Origin: Candidatus Latescibacterota bacterium
GTDB taxonomy: Bacteria; Latescibacterota; UBA2968; UBA8231
Length of the DNA stretch: 64,000 bases
Reading direction: 5' to 3'
Assembly: GCA_965208105.1 (NCBI GenBank)
Contig: OZ242318.1
Coordinates: 3,904,001-3,968,000 of the forward strand
The position numbers and the translations under genes were made by a program. Shown here one piece after another: positions 49,744 to 60,226 of this stretch. Each line of letters begins with the position of its first letter. Position 1 is the first letter of the stretch. The notes beneath the pieces are model-generated. The model searched no databases. It saw only the letters and a program-made list of their open reading frames with translations, and was not told where the DNA came from.

Positions 49744-52013
49744 ATTTCCTCGATTTCCAGCGGTTCTTGTATCGTCCCAGGTCACTGATTCGCTCCATTC
49801 TCGGAGACAAGCCGGGGTGGAGCCAGCACGGGTTGTGGTTTTACCGCGTGCTTCTGGCAGCCGTGGCCATTGGGTCGTTGACTTATTTTTCTTCATATCA
49901 CAGGCCCTACAACATCGGCGAAATGAGGATTGGAAGCGTTGCTCCGGAGCGGATCAAGGCACCCTTCCTCTTCCAGGTTCCCAAAAATGAAAACGCACTG
50001 GCGAAAGAACGATGGGCAGCTGAGGCGGCTGTTCCCACCCTCCTTCTCCATAATCCCGAGGTGAAGGCTGAACAAATAGCCCGCCTGGATTCGGTATTCA
50101 AGATCCTTATTCCGGGATTGCGGCTGCAAATGCCCGAGTCGCTCAAACAGCGACATCTTCAACGCGAACTACCTCACGTAATCGGTTCCCTCTCCGACCA
50201 GGCGCTCAGCAACCTTGCGCAGGTCCTCTCCAGGACGAGCACATCCTACATTCGGGAGTTTGAGGCCGTCTGCAAGCAGATCCTCGAAAATATTTACACC
50301 ACAGGGGTCCTCTCTTCCAAGCAGGTTATCCTTGACGATGTCTCTCAGCAGGTGAAAATAGGAGAACGCGAACTGCCAGTCGACGCGGTCTATAGCGAAG
50401 AATCGCTCAAGCAAGGTGAAGCCATTTCCCTCATAGAAGGATATCGAGCCATAGTCGACCACCAGGCAGTAGAAGCGGTGCATGAGTTACTGAGCCTTTT
50501 CATCACTCCAAACCTGACCATTGCCGAAGGAGAGACTCAACGTCTCCGAGCAGAGGCTCGCGGGGGGATTGCAAGCATCAAACGAATTTATGCGCAGGAT
50601 GACGTGATCGTTGAAAAAAACGAGACCGTTACCGAGGAGCATGTCGAAGCGTTGAACGCGCTCGCCGAAAGGATTGCCGCCCGGGAATTGGAAAACCCGG
50701 TAACACGTATTTCGCAGACCGCTGCGGCCGTCGTGATATCTACCTTTCTCATTTTCGTCTTCGGCTACTATCTGGCCACTCGTGAAGGGGAAGTTTACCA
50801 GCAACCCGGCTCATTGCTTCTTCTGGCCATTCTCGTTTGCGCCGTAGCGGCAACAGCATCCTATATAAAAAACAATTCCCTGGACGTGTATCTCGTCCCC
50901 ACTCCCCTGTCTGCGATGCTGGCTACGATTTTGCTCAACCCGCAGATCGGACTGGTCGTTTCCCTGCTTCTCGGGCTCTTCGTTGGCAACCTCTTCGGCG
51001 ATTTTTACGTAGCTTTGATCTGCGCACTCACCTCTGCAGTGGCCGTATATTCCGTGCGCCAGGTCAGGCATCGGAACCAGTTCTACCGGGCAATGACCCT
51101 GCTTCCCATTTCCTATGGGCTGCTCATTGCGGCTGCCGACATTTTGCGCTTCGTACCGGTTGAAGAGCTGTACGACCATATCCTGCCTGGAATTTTCATT
51201 GGGGTCGCTACCCCCATTCTCACCATTGGTCTTCTGCCCATCTTTGAGAGTCTCTTTCGCCGAACCACGGACATTACCTTGCTCGAACTCTCGGATCTGA
51301 ATCGGCCCCTGCTGCGGGACCTGGCAATCCGTGCTCCCGGGACCTATACTCATAGCCTGATCATGGCCAATTTGTCCGAGAGTGCGGCCGAAGCCATAGG
51401 CGCAAACTCTCTTCTGGCGCGGGTTGGCTGCTATTATCATGATATTGGAAAGATGATCAAGCCTGAGTATTTTGCGGAGAATCAGGGGTTGCAGGGCGGG
51501 CGCAACCCCCACAATCACCTGACGCCGAACATGAGCATGCTCGTGATAACTTCACATGTAAAGGAAGGTCTCGAGCTGGCCGAGGATCACGGGCTGCCCC
51601 AATCGATTTCCGATCTCATTCCACAGCACCATGGTACAACGGTGGTTGATTACTTCTACAACCGCGCGGTCGAACTCGGTGACGAAAACGTGCGGCAGGA
51701 CGATTTTCGATACAATGGCCCCAAGCCCCAAACCAAGGAGGCCGGTATCCTCATGCTCGCCGATTCCGTGGAATCGGCCGTGCGCACCCTGACCGAACGC
51801 ACGCCCAACAGGGTCCGCCAACTGGTGCAGAATATCACCCAGCAAAAGTTTACCCTGGGAGAACTTGACGAATGCGCCCTCACTCTGCAGGACCTCCACA
51901 AAATTGAGGAGAGTTTTATTCCCGTGCTCATGGGTACGTTGCACGGTCGAGTGGAGTATCCCTGGCAACAAACGAAAAAGAAGGCACGCAAAAGTCTTGC
52001 AGGTTCTGTATAG
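49740..52013 (+). CDS. 7TM-HD phosphohydrolase (PgpH/YqfF-like)
   Basis: Extracellular domain, 7 TM, APGTYTHS, YYHDIGK, QHHGT, MLADSVE. Confidence 0.9.
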   Translation: MNFLDFQRFLYRPRSLIRSILGDKPGWSQHGLWFYRVLLAAVAIGSLTYFSSYHRPYNIGEMRIGSVAPERIKAPFLFQVPKNENALAKERWAAEAAVPTLLLHNPEVKAEQIARLDSVFKILIPGLRLQMPESLKQRHLQRELPHVIGSLSDQALSNLAQVLSRTSTSYIREFEAVCKQILENIYTTGVLSSKQVILDDVSQQVKIGERELPVDAVYSEESLKQGEAISLIEGYRAIVDHQAVEAVHELLSLFITPNLTIAEGETQRLRAEARGGIASIKRIYAQDDVIVEKNETVTEEHVEALNALAERIAARELENPVTRISQTAAAVVISTFLIFVFGYYLATREGEVYQQPGSLLLLAILVCAVAATASYIKNNSLDVYLVPTPLSAMLATILLNPQIGLVVSLLLGLFVGNLFGDFYVALICALTSAVAVYSVRQVRHRNQFYRAMTLLPISYGLLIAAADILRFVPVEELYDHILPGIFIGVATPILTIGLLPIFESLFRRTTDITLLELSDLNRPLLRDLAIRAPGTYTHSLIMANLSESAAEAIGANSLLARVGCYYHDIGKMIKPEYFAENQGLQGGRNPHNHLTPNMSMLVITSHVKEGLELAEDHGLPQSISDLIPQHHGTTVVDYFYNRAVELGDENVRQDDFRYNGPKPQTKEAGILMLADSVESAVRTLTERTPNRVRQLVQNITQQKFTLGELDECALTLQDLHKIEESFIPVLMGTLHGRVEYPWQQTKKKARKSLAGSV

Positions 52014-52482
52014 TCCGGACATTCCCGAGTTGTCCCCGACCCAATGTGAGCTCCTGGAGCAACTGGCAGGGGACATAACTGCCGTCCATCCTGTTGTGGG
52101 CGGCCAGGTCCAGCTCATTTTCACCGATGATGCACACATGCGTCATCTCAACGCTTCCTTTGGAGGTGTCGACCGGACTACGGATGTGCTATCTTTCTAT
52201 CTCGGACCAAGTGCATGCCCCGAGCTGCCTGGGGTGGATACTGTGGCGGGAGAGATTTACATTTCCCTGGAGCGAGCCCGGCTTCAAGCCTCCGAGCAGC
52301 AGGTTTCCACCAGCCAGGAAGTCGCTCGCCTGTTTGTCCACGGGCTTTTGCATCTAGCCGGATTTGATCACGATACGCCGGATAAATTGGCCGTTATGGA
52401 GCGAGAGACCGATCGCTTCCTACAGGCAGCCGACCTGTTTGCAGCTTCCCAAACCATGGACTGCCCTGGCGGGCAGTGTTGA
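51997..52482 (+). CDS. ybeY: rRNA maturation endoribonuclease
   Basis: TDVLSF, GEIYIS, HGLLHLAGFDH. Confidence 0.9.
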   Translation: MQVLYSPDIPELSPTQCELLEQLAGDITAVHPVVGGQVQLIFTDDAHMRHLNASFGGVDRTTDVLSFYLGPSACPELPGVDTVAGEIYISLERARLQASEQQVSTSQEVARLFVHGLLHLAGFDHDTPDKLAVMERETDRFLQAADLFAASQTMDCPGGQC

Positions 52483-52503
52483 CGCGAAAGGAGTACCTCC
52501 TTT

Positions 52504-53823
52504 TTGGAACCTCCACAGGCTGCAGCCCTAATTATTGCCGTTTTATCATCCACAGAGCTATTTCTGGTAGCCACCTACGAAGCTACCTTCTCGGTCCTCT
52601 CGAGATCTTCCCTGGAAAAATTGCAGGACGAACGCTCTCGCCTCATGCTCCGGATCTACGAGCCGCGCCACAGGTTGCGATTGCTCGCCCGGATTGGCGA
52701 GGTCCTGGGGACCGTGGCTCTCACTCTCTCCCTCCTCCTTCTGGTTTATCCCGTCCTCGAAGCCTACGATTTTCCAGGGTATTATGCCGTCGTAATTTCC
52801 GCCCTCTGCACGGTGGTAATCTACCTGACAATATGTGCCCCGCGCCGAATTCGCTTTGACGAGGACGGCGAGGAAATGCGGATTCCGGCGCTGGCCCTGG
52901 CATTCGTGCCACTGCACGCGATGCTGCTTCCCCTGACCAATCTTTTCGACCGCATTACTTCCGGAGACTACAACGACGAGGAATTTCGCGCCGAAAAGGA
53001 AGAGGAATTGCGCAGCATCGTGGAGTCCGAAAGCGAAACCGGGGTTATAGAGGAAGGAGAAAGGGAAATGATCCAGGGCGTCTTCGGCTTTCACGACAGG
53101 ATTGCCCGTGAGGTCATGGTGCCCAGGGTAGATATCGCCGCAGTGGAATTGACGGATACGCTCGAAGACCTCCTCCGCGTCATCGGAGAGGCCGGACACT
53201 CCCGGATTCCGCTTTACCAGGAAAGCCTGGACAACATTCGCGGCATAATCTTTGCAAGGGATTTGCTTCAACTCCTGATAAACGGAGAGCACATGGACCT
53301 GGGGACACCTCTGTCCGTCCTTGTAAAGGGACGGGATGGAGGAGGGCTCAACGGATCATTTGTCCACGAGCCATACTATGTGCCTGAAACCAAGAAGATT
53401 GAAGCATTGTTGCGCGATTTCCGAGCTGCCAGAAATCGACTGGCTATCGTCGTCGACGAGTATGGAGGCACGGCGGGGCTTTTGACCATAGAGGATATGG
53501 TCGAAGAAATCGTAGGAGAGATTCAGGATGAGTACGATGACGAAGAGGAACTTTTCCGCTGGGAAAAGCCCGAGGATATTCTCATCGCCAATGGCCGCAT
53601 CGATATCGACGATCTGAACAATATGCTTGAGACCGAACTTCCCAACGAGGGTTTTGAGACCCTGGGTGGATTCATCTATGACCACCTGGGCCACATCCCC
53701 AGCGCCGGGCAGAGTTTTCGCGCAGATAATCTCGAAATCACCGTACTCAAGGTCGAAGGCCAGCGGATCAGCGAAGTACAGATCAAGCGTATCTCCAGGA
53801 CCAGCAGGGAAGAGGTAAAGTAG
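52504..53823 (+). CDS. HlyC/CorC (CNNM) family CBS-domain transporter
   Basis: TM region, REVMVPR, HSRIP, VVDEYGGTAG, EEIVGEIQDEYD, ETLGG. Confidence 0.9.
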   Translation: MEPPQAAALIIAVLSSTELFLVATYEATFSVLSRSSLEKLQDERSRLMLRIYEPRHRLRLLARIGEVLGTVALTLSLLLLVYPVLEAYDFPGYYAVVISALCTVVIYLTICAPRRIRFDEDGEEMRIPALALAFVPLHAMLLPLTNLFDRITSGDYNDEEFRAEKEEELRSIVESESETGVIEEGEREMIQGVFGFHDRIAREVMVPRVDIAAVELTDTLEDLLRVIGEAGHSRIPLYQESLDNIRGIIFARDLLQLLINGEHMDLGTPLSVLVKGRDGGGLNGSFVHEPYYVPETKKIEALLRDFRAARNRLAIVVDEYGGTAGLLTIEDMVEEIVGEIQDEYDDEEELFRWEKPEDILIANGRIDIDDLNNMLETELPNEGFETLGGFIYDHLGHIPSAGQSFRADNLEITVLKVEGQRISEVQIKRISRTSREEVK

Positions 53824-53908
53824 AGGACCAGGGAATCGGGCCTTGCGGCGGAAGGACCTTGCGTCTCTTAGATACAGTAATTATATTATTTATTCAGAAT
53901 CTGGGTAA

Positions 53909-53985
<77 letters not shown>

Positions 53986-53992
53986 ATATCAC

Positions 53993-54029
53993 AAAGCGCA
54001 GTTCTCTTTTCTGAGAGTTGCGCTTTTTT
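53993..54029 (+). terminator. tRNA terminator
   Basis: AAAGCGCAGTTCTC...GAGAGTTGCGCTTTTTT. Confidence 0.8.
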
Positions 54030-54095
54030 ATTTTCCTGCCCCTCCAATCATTTAATCATTCAATTCCGGCACCAGGCGATCATTCGGGCAAAATT

Positions 54096-54150
54096 GAACA
54101 AGAATACCCTTGAAGGAGATTGAGTTGGTCTCCCTCAAGGGTATTTGTTC
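54096..54150 (-). terminator. Long hairpin downstream of the autotransporter
   Basis: AATACCCTTGAAGGAGA...TCTCCCTCAAGGGTATT. Confidence 0.6.
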
Positions 54151-54173
54151 AGGCCGGATGAAATGTCAGGGTG

Positions 54174-57100
54174 CTAAAACCGAACTGCCCCCCTCACATC
54201 TATGCGATGTTCGGCGGATTGCTGGACTCGATTGCCTCGTCCGGCGGAAACGTTGAGGTCCAGCATCTCAAAGGCCGTACCAGTGAAGCGGCCCAGTTGG
54301 AATCCAAGGCGCATTAGCGACCGCTCCGAGCTGACAGGTCCGAACTCGGCAAACGGGGTCAGCACTCCATGCAAGGGCTCGACTCGCATACTGTAGCCGA
54401 CCAGGGCATCCATGGACCAAACGTCGGGGGAAAGCCCGAAACGGCCGGTCTGGAGCGCACCGTCGCGCCACAGGGCATGGGTACCGCGGTCGGCAGCACC
54501 CCAACGCGGGGCAAGCGACATCGACAGGCCAAGGCCGTCCCTGCCCGGTGACAGGCTGGCAATGATGCTGCCTCCACTCTCCTGGTAGGTTGAATTTAAC
54601 GCAAGCATGCGGCCCCTGGCCTCGATCTGGAATCGCGACCTCGGGCACTGGTAACGCAACCCACCAGCTACCTCCAGGCCCCCGCCGGTCTGGCCATCAC
54701 CGCCGTCGTAGCGGCCACCAAGTTCACCGAAGGGAGTTATCGTTGCGCAGCTGGCCAATACCACGGTGCGAGCGCCTTCCACACCAAGGCGGAAGCGTTG
54801 ACCCGCCACGGCTTGATCGTCGAGTACTTCCTCTCCTTCGGCAGTGGAGAGATTCACGATTCCCACGTCGCCCCGGAGAGACATGTCCAACCCACCCATG
54901 GATCCCAGGGATTGCCTCGCTCCCAGGAGCCCCAGGGACATGGAGAGATCGCTTTCCTCCGTGGTAGAAGTGACCCCTCGCTCGTTTTCGGCAGTGCCTA
55001 CCCCGACGCCACCCAGGGCCCAGATGTCCATTCCGGCACTAGGTGCCCAGCGCACATAGGGATATACACTTGTCAGAACCGTGGTCAACGTGCCGCCTCC
55101 AATTGCTCCATCTCCAGAGAAGGTGTAGTTGGCCTCACCCATACTGTAGGATACCGACACACCTGCCTGACCGGTTGCGGCCACGCGCTTGTCGGCTCCG
55201 AGATATACCGTCATCAAGGTCCCGTCGTGGCTGCCGTGATCCGGGGTACCTTCGAAGGCCTGGTAGTCGCCCAGGCCCCACAAGGTCCAGTTCGGCAGTC
55301 CTTGATCGGCATCGCTGGATCCTACCGGGACGGCGAAGGAGGTGTTCCGAATGGCCTGTTTCCAGGAAATTCCTCCTCCAAGGGTGCCCAATCCGCGAGG
55401 ATAGCGGAAATCGCCCTCCAGGCCTGTGACCTGGGAAGCCAACGGATCTCTATCGCTTCCACTCAGGAGGGAAAGCCCCGCCAGGGTTGCTTTATTGGAG
55501 CCCGAACTGGAGGCGAAGCGAGCACCGATTGCCGATGAAACGCTCGATAGAGTGCTCCGGCCAATCGCTGCCAACGCGTCGCCTACAATTGCCACCTCAG
55601 CCGGTTCGGTGACCACGGTCACGACGAAGGTTTGAGAAGCATCGGGGCCAATTGTGTTCATTGCAACCACTTCAATGGTAGATTCACCTTCTATTACGGC
55701 CGCCACGGTTACCTCAGACCCCGCGACGGAAACGGTGGCAACCCCGGGATTCGAGGAGGTTGCGCTATAGTTCAGGTCAAGGCCGCGGAAATTGTCCGAA
55801 ACGTCCTCGACCCCGTCAGCACCGCCGACGTACAGCATCATGACGGGGATTGGATCGACCCTGGTCGGCTCGTCGTCGTTGTCGGTCAGAGTAATGGTCA
55901 CTGACTCGACCGTAAAGCCCTCTGCGGACCCCTCGACCACGATGGTCTCATCGTACTCGGGAATGAGCTCCTCGGGCGGGGTCAGCGTCAGGGTCCCGCT
56001 GCTTTCAGTCGTACGGGCTCCAACCGTGATCGTTGGAATCGATGCGGCGTAGTCCGTGCCTTCTTCGGCAGTTCCCGACAAGGACAGCGATACTTGCGTA
56101 TCAGTCAGCAGGGCGGTGCTGCCATCGCCCAGAACGGCCGTCACTTCGAACGAGGTTTCCCCATCTCCTTCGTCAAAGCTGGGCACGTCCACGCTCAGAG
56201 TGATGGAGGTTGGCGCCACATCGTTGTCGGTCACGGTCAGCTCGACAGAAGCGATTTCGAACCCCTCGGCGCTGCCTTCGAGGACGATGATCTCGTCTCC
56301 CTCAGCCAGGTTGTCGTCCACCAGAGAAATGGGAATGGTTGCGCTGCCCGTCGTGCCCCTGGCGGCGATGGTCAGAGTGGCAGCTGTGGCGGCATTGTCT
56401 TCGCTTTCGGCCACCGAGAGGGCGACCTGGGTGTCGGTCAACAGGGCGGTGCTGCCGTCGCCCAGGACCGCCGACACCGTGGCCTCGCCGCCGGTCCCTT
56501 CGTCGAAGCTGGACACGTCCACGCTCAGAGAGATGGTGGTCGGCATCACGTCGTTGTCGGTTACGGTCAACTCGACGGAGGCGATACCATATCCCTCGGC
56601 GCTGCCTTCGAGGACGATGGTTTCGTCGCCCTCGACCAGGTTGTCGTCCACCAGGGAAATGGGAATGGTTGCGCTGCCCGTCGTGCCCCTGGCGGCGATG
56701 GTCAGAGTGGCAGCTGTGGCGGCATTGTCTTCGCTTTCGGCCACCGAGAGGGCGACCTGGATGTCGGTCAGCAGGGCGGTGCTGCCGTCGCCCAGGACCG
56801 CGGTCACCGTGGCCTCGCCGCCGGTCCCTTCGTCGAAGCTGGACACGTCCACGCTCAGAGAGATGGTGGTCGGCATCACGTCGTTGTCGGTCACGGTCAA
56901 CTCGACGGAGGCGATATCATATCCCTCGGCGCTGCCTTCGAGGACGATGGTTTCGTCGCCCTCGACCAGGTTGTCGTCCACCAGGGAAATGGGAATGGTT
57001 GCGCTGCCTGCCGTCTCCCTGGCGGGAATGGTCAGGGTGGCTTCGGCGGCGGCGTTGTCTTCGCTTTCGGTCACCGAGAGGGCGACCTGGGTGTCGGTCA

Positions 57101-59747
57101 GCAGGGCGGTGCTGCCGTCGCCCAAGACCGCGGTCACCGTGGCCTCGCCGCCGGTCCCTTCGTCGAAGCTGGACACGTCCACGCTCAGAGAGATGGTGGT
57201 CGGCATCACGTCGTTGTCGGTCACGGTCAACTCGACGGAGGCGATTTCAAACCCTTCGGCGCTGCCTTCGAGTGCGATGGTTTCGTCGCCCTCGACCAGG
57301 TTGTCGTCCACTAGAAAGAAGGGAAGGGTTGCGCTGCCTGTCGTCTCTGTGGCGGGAATGGTCAGGGTGGCTTCGGCGCCGGCATTGTCTTCACTTTCGG
57401 CCACCGAGAGGGCGACCTGGGTGTCGACCAACAGGGCGGCGCTGCCGTCGCCCAAGACCGCGGTCACCACGACCTGGCCTCCCGGACCTTCTTCAAAGCT
57501 GTTCGGGTCGAGGCTCAGAGAGATGGTGGTCGGCATCACGTCGTTGTCGGTTACCGTCAACTCGACGGAGGCGATTTCAAATCCACCTGCGCTGCCTTCG
57601 AGTGCGATGGCTTCGTCACCCTCGACCAGGTTGTCGTCCACCAGGGACAGGGGCAGGCTCACGCTGCCTGTCGTCTCCCTGGCGGGAATGGTCAGGGTGG
57701 CTTCGGCGCCGGCATTGTCTTCACTTTCGGCCACCGAGAGGGCGACCTGGGTGTCGACCAACAAGGCGGCGCTGCCGTCGCCCAAGACCGCGGTCACCGT
57801 CACCTCGCCGCCCGTTCCTTCATCGAAACTGGATGCGTCCACGCCCAGAGAGATGGTGGTCGGCATCACGTCGTTGTCGGTTACCGTCAACTCGACGGAG
57901 GCGATTTCAAATCCACCTGCGCTGCCTTCGAGTGCGATGGCTTCGTCACCCTCGACCAGGTTGTCGTCCACCAGGGACAGGGGCAGGCTCACGCTGCCTG
58001 TCGTCTCCCTGGCGGGAATGGTCAGGGTGGCTTCGGCGCCGGCATTGTCTTCACTTTCGGCCACCGAGAGGGCGACCTGGGTGTCGGTCAACAGGGCGGT
58101 GCTGCCGTCGCCCAAGACCGCGGTCACCGTCACCTCGCCGCCCCTTCCTTCATCAAAACTGGATGCGTCCACGCTCAGAGAGATGGTCGTCGGCATCACG
58201 TCGTTGTCGATTACCGTCAACTCGACGGAGGCGATTTCCAGACCATCTGCGTTGCCTTCGAGTGTGATGGTCTCGTCACCCTCGACCAGGTTGTCGTCCA
58301 CCAGGGATATGGGCAGGGTTGCGCTGCCTGTCGTCTCTGTGGCGGGAATGGTCAGAGTGGCAACTGTGGCTGCATTGTCTTCGCTTTCGGCCACCGAGAG
58401 GGCGACCTGGGTGTCGGTCAACAGGGCGGTGCTGCCGTCGCCCAAGACCGCGGTCACCGTCACCTCGCCGCCCCTTCCTTCATCGAAACTGGATGCGTCC
58501 ACGCTCAGGGTAACGGAAGTGGGCGCCACATCATTGTCGCTCAACCCGACCATGGCCGATTCGACGATGAAACCGGGGGAAACACCCGACACTTCGATCG
58601 TCTCTTCGCCTTCGGCCAAATTATCCTCGATCAAGGTTAAGGCTATGGTTCCCGACCCTTCTGCTTGCTCGGCGGGAATCGTAATGGTCAGCTCGGAGGC
58701 CTCGTAGTCGGGGCCGAATTCCACGTGAGTGCCGGACAGCGACACCACCACTTCCGTGTCCACCAGAAGGACAGTGGAGCCGTCACCCAGCAGGCCTGTC
58801 ACGTTGACCGAGACTCCTCCTTCCCCTTCCCCAACGTTGGAAGGATCGACTGAAAGGGAAATCGAAGTCGGGGTTATGTCGTTATCCGTCAAGGCAACCT
58901 CTGCGGTGGAAACCTCCAGATCCTGGGCGTCCACAGTGGCACCACCGGTGGCGGAGGATGAACCCACGATCACGATGGTCTCGGGATCATCCCCTTCTAC
59001 GATGTTGTCGTCGTTGATGTTCAGGGTCAGGATCGTCCTTCCCTCGGTTCCGCCGGCTGGAATGACAACTTCCTGATCACCCAACTCCCCAACGTAATCT
59101 CGGCCATCCACATTCTCCGCCGTACCAGACAAGGAGAGCTGAATCGGGGTGGCAAGGGACCACGACTTGCTCAAGGTCGCGGTTACGACCGAATTCACCA
59201 CACCATCATCCTCGGCTACACTGTTGGGGTCAACAGACAGGGTTACAGTGGGCAGAGTAAAGTCAATTTGAGGACTGGCCTCGGCGGGGATGCTCTCTTC
59301 GCCACTAATCGTAGAGATGGTAGTGACAGAAAAGGTATAAGTTGCACCCAGGGTGAGAGAGTTGTCCACGAAGGAGGTCTGGCCGGAGGGAACAGTACCT
59401 AATAGTGCAGGTTCGGAACCTCCTGAGGCTGAACGCCACACATTATACCCAGCCACATCGTTGAAATTGAGAAAGTTTCCCTCAGAGGTAAAATTGCTGC
59501 CGGCCGGGACACTGCGCAGTTGGTCATTCGGCGACAGGTTCCAGGAGATGGTGACACTCCTTCCGTCCGCGCTTAGGTCAGCCCGAACCCCGCTGATCGG
59601 CTCAAAGACTCGCTCAGCGCTACCCCCCGCTCCGGACCCATCCTCTGTGCTGCCCGTGAGCTGTGCTGCCAGGGGGCTTGAGCACAGGAAAACGCTCAGG
59701 CCCAGCAGAATGGAAATTGTGATTAGGCCTTCTTTACTTCTTGACAT
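54174..59747 (-). CDS. Large autotransporter adhesin with Fn3-like and Calx-beta-like repeats
   Basis: Signal peptide, acidic repeats 'DDNLVEGDETI...TDND', C-terminal beta-barrel ending in VRF. Confidence 0.85.
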   Translation of the reverse strand: MSRSKEGLITISILLGLSVFLCSSPLAAQLTGSTEDGSGAGGSAERVFEPISGVRADLSADGRSVTISWNLSPNDQLRSVPAGSNFTSEGNFLNFNDVAGYNVWRSASGGSEPALLGTVPSGQTSFVDNSLTLGATYTFSVTTISTISGEESIPAEASPQIDFTLPTVTLSVDPNSVAEDDGVVNSVVTATLSKSWSLATPIQLSLSGTAENVDGRDYVGELGDQEVVIPAGGTEGRTILTLNINDDNIVEGDDPETIVIVGSSSATGGATVDAQDLEVSTAEVALTDNDITPTSISLSVDPSNVGEGEGGVSVNVTGLLGDGSTVLLVDTEVVVSLSGTHVEFGPDYEASELTITIPAEQAEGSGTIALTLIEDNLAEGEETIEVSGVSPGFIVESAMVGLSDNDVAPTSVTLSVDASSFDEGRGGEVTVTAVLGDGSTALLTDTQVALSVAESEDNAATVATLTIPATETTGSATLPISLVDDNLVEGDETITLEGNADGLEIASVELTVIDNDVMPTTISLSVDASSFDEGRGGEVTVTAVLGDGSTALLTDTQVALSVAESEDNAGAEATLTIPARETTGSVSLPLSLVDDNLVEGDEAIALEGSAGGFEIASVELTVTDNDVMPTTISLGVDASSFDEGTGGEVTVTAVLGDGSAALLVDTQVALSVAESEDNAGAEATLTIPARETTGSVSLPLSLVDDNLVEGDEAIALEGSAGGFEIASVELTVTDNDVMPTTISLSLDPNSFEEGPGGQVVVTAVLGDGSAALLVDTQVALSVAESEDNAGAEATLTIPATETTGSATLPFFLVDDNLVEGDETIALEGSAEGFEIASVELTVTDNDVMPTTISLSVDVSSFDEGTGGEATVTAVLGDGSTALLTDTQVALSVTESEDNAAAEATLTIPARETAGSATIPISLVDDNLVEGDETIVLEGSAEGYDIASVELTVTDNDVMPTTISLSVDVSSFDEGTGGEATVTAVLGDGSTALLTDIQVALSVAESEDNAATAATLTIAARGTTGSATIPISLVDDNLVEGDETIVLEGSAEGYGIASVELTVTDNDVMPTTISLSVDVSSFDEGTGGEATVSAVLGDGSTALLTDTQVALSVAESEDNAATAATLTIAARGTTGSATIPISLVDDNLAEGDEIIVLEGSAEGFEIASVELTVTDNDVAPTSITLSVDVPSFDEGDGETSFEVTAVLGDGSTALLTDTQVSLSLSGTAEEGTDYAASIPTITVGARTTESSGTLTLTPPEELIPEYDETIVVEGSAEGFTVESVTITLTDNDDEPTRVDPIPVMMLYVGGADGVEDVSDNFRGLDLNYSATSSNPGVATVSVAGSEVTVAAVIEGESTIEVVAMNTIGPDASQTFVVTVVTEPAEVAIVGDALAAIGRSTLSSVSSAIGARFASSSGSNKATLAGLSLLSGSDRDPLASQVTGLEGDFRYPRGLGTLGGGISWKQAIRNTSFAVPVGSSDADQGLPNWTLWGLGDYQAFEGTPDHGSHDGTLMTVYLGADKRVAATGQAGVSVSYSMGEANYTFSGDGAIGGGTLTTVLTSVYPYVRWAPSAGMDIWALGGVGVGTAENERGVTSTTEESDLSMSLGLLGARQSLGSMGGLDMSLRGDVGIVNLSTAEGEEVLDDQAVAGQRFRLGVEGARTVVLASCATITPFGELGGRYDGGDGQTGGGLEVAGGLRYQCPRSRFQIEARGRMLALNSTYQESGGSIIASLSPGRDGLGLSMSLAPRWGAADRGTHALWRDGALQTGRFGLSPDVWSMDALVGYSMRVEPLHGVLTPFAEFGPVSSERSLMRLGFQLGRFTGTAFEMLDLNVSAGRGNRVQQSAEHRIDVRGAVRF
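56221..58540 (-). repeat. About 7 tandem 330-bp (110-aa) coding repeats
   Basis: The anchor CGGCATCACGTCGTTGTCG recurs at 56541, 56871, 57201, 57531, 57861 and 58191. Confidence 0.95.
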
Positions 59748-60195
59748 TTTCGATATCCTCCTCAACGATTTTCCCGCAAATGTAGGAATGAAAATTTAGA
59801 GTTAGAATTTGATTTGGAATTGGAATTCTCAGATGCCCTTCGTCCTGTTTGTGAAATAATTACATAAAGTTATGCGCAGTTATACAAATTCACATTAAAC
59901 ATTATAAGCTACGAAAAACCGCTGAGTAGCGCAACGGATTATTATGGATCAACTTCCATTTAGTGGTCCAAATCGCCCTTCTCCCGGCATGGGATCTTGG
60001 ACGGCATGGGATCTTGGATTCGGGACGGGTCCGGTTTGAGTCGCTCCTGTGGACGAGCCACAGCGATATGGCCTCTCCTGAGGTCCCCGGCAGGTGAAAT
60101 CGCCCCATCTCTCCACGGACGGCAAATGATGAAGCAGCCATGGTCCGGTTCCTTTCCACTGCAGCCCAGGGTCATCGAGAGTATGGAGAGGGCCC

Positions 60196-60226
60196 AGCAG
60201 CCCGTTGAAATAGCCCATCCGGGCCG
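60196..60226. mobile_element. End fragment of MITE family C
   Basis: AGCAGCCCGTTGAAATAGCCCATCCGGGC matches the reverse complement of the right end of 39262-39427. Confidence 0.7.

Noticed and set aside
56056-58707. Repetitive 883, 642 and 406 aa plus-strand ORFs; possible DGR or CRISPR-like array
   Set aside because: They are antisense to the adhesin repeats; there are no spacers, no adenine-specific variation and no reverse transcriptase.
59985-60018. 17-bp tandem duplication CGGCATGGGATCTTGGA
   Set aside because: Only two copies in degraded intergenic DNA; probably slippage.
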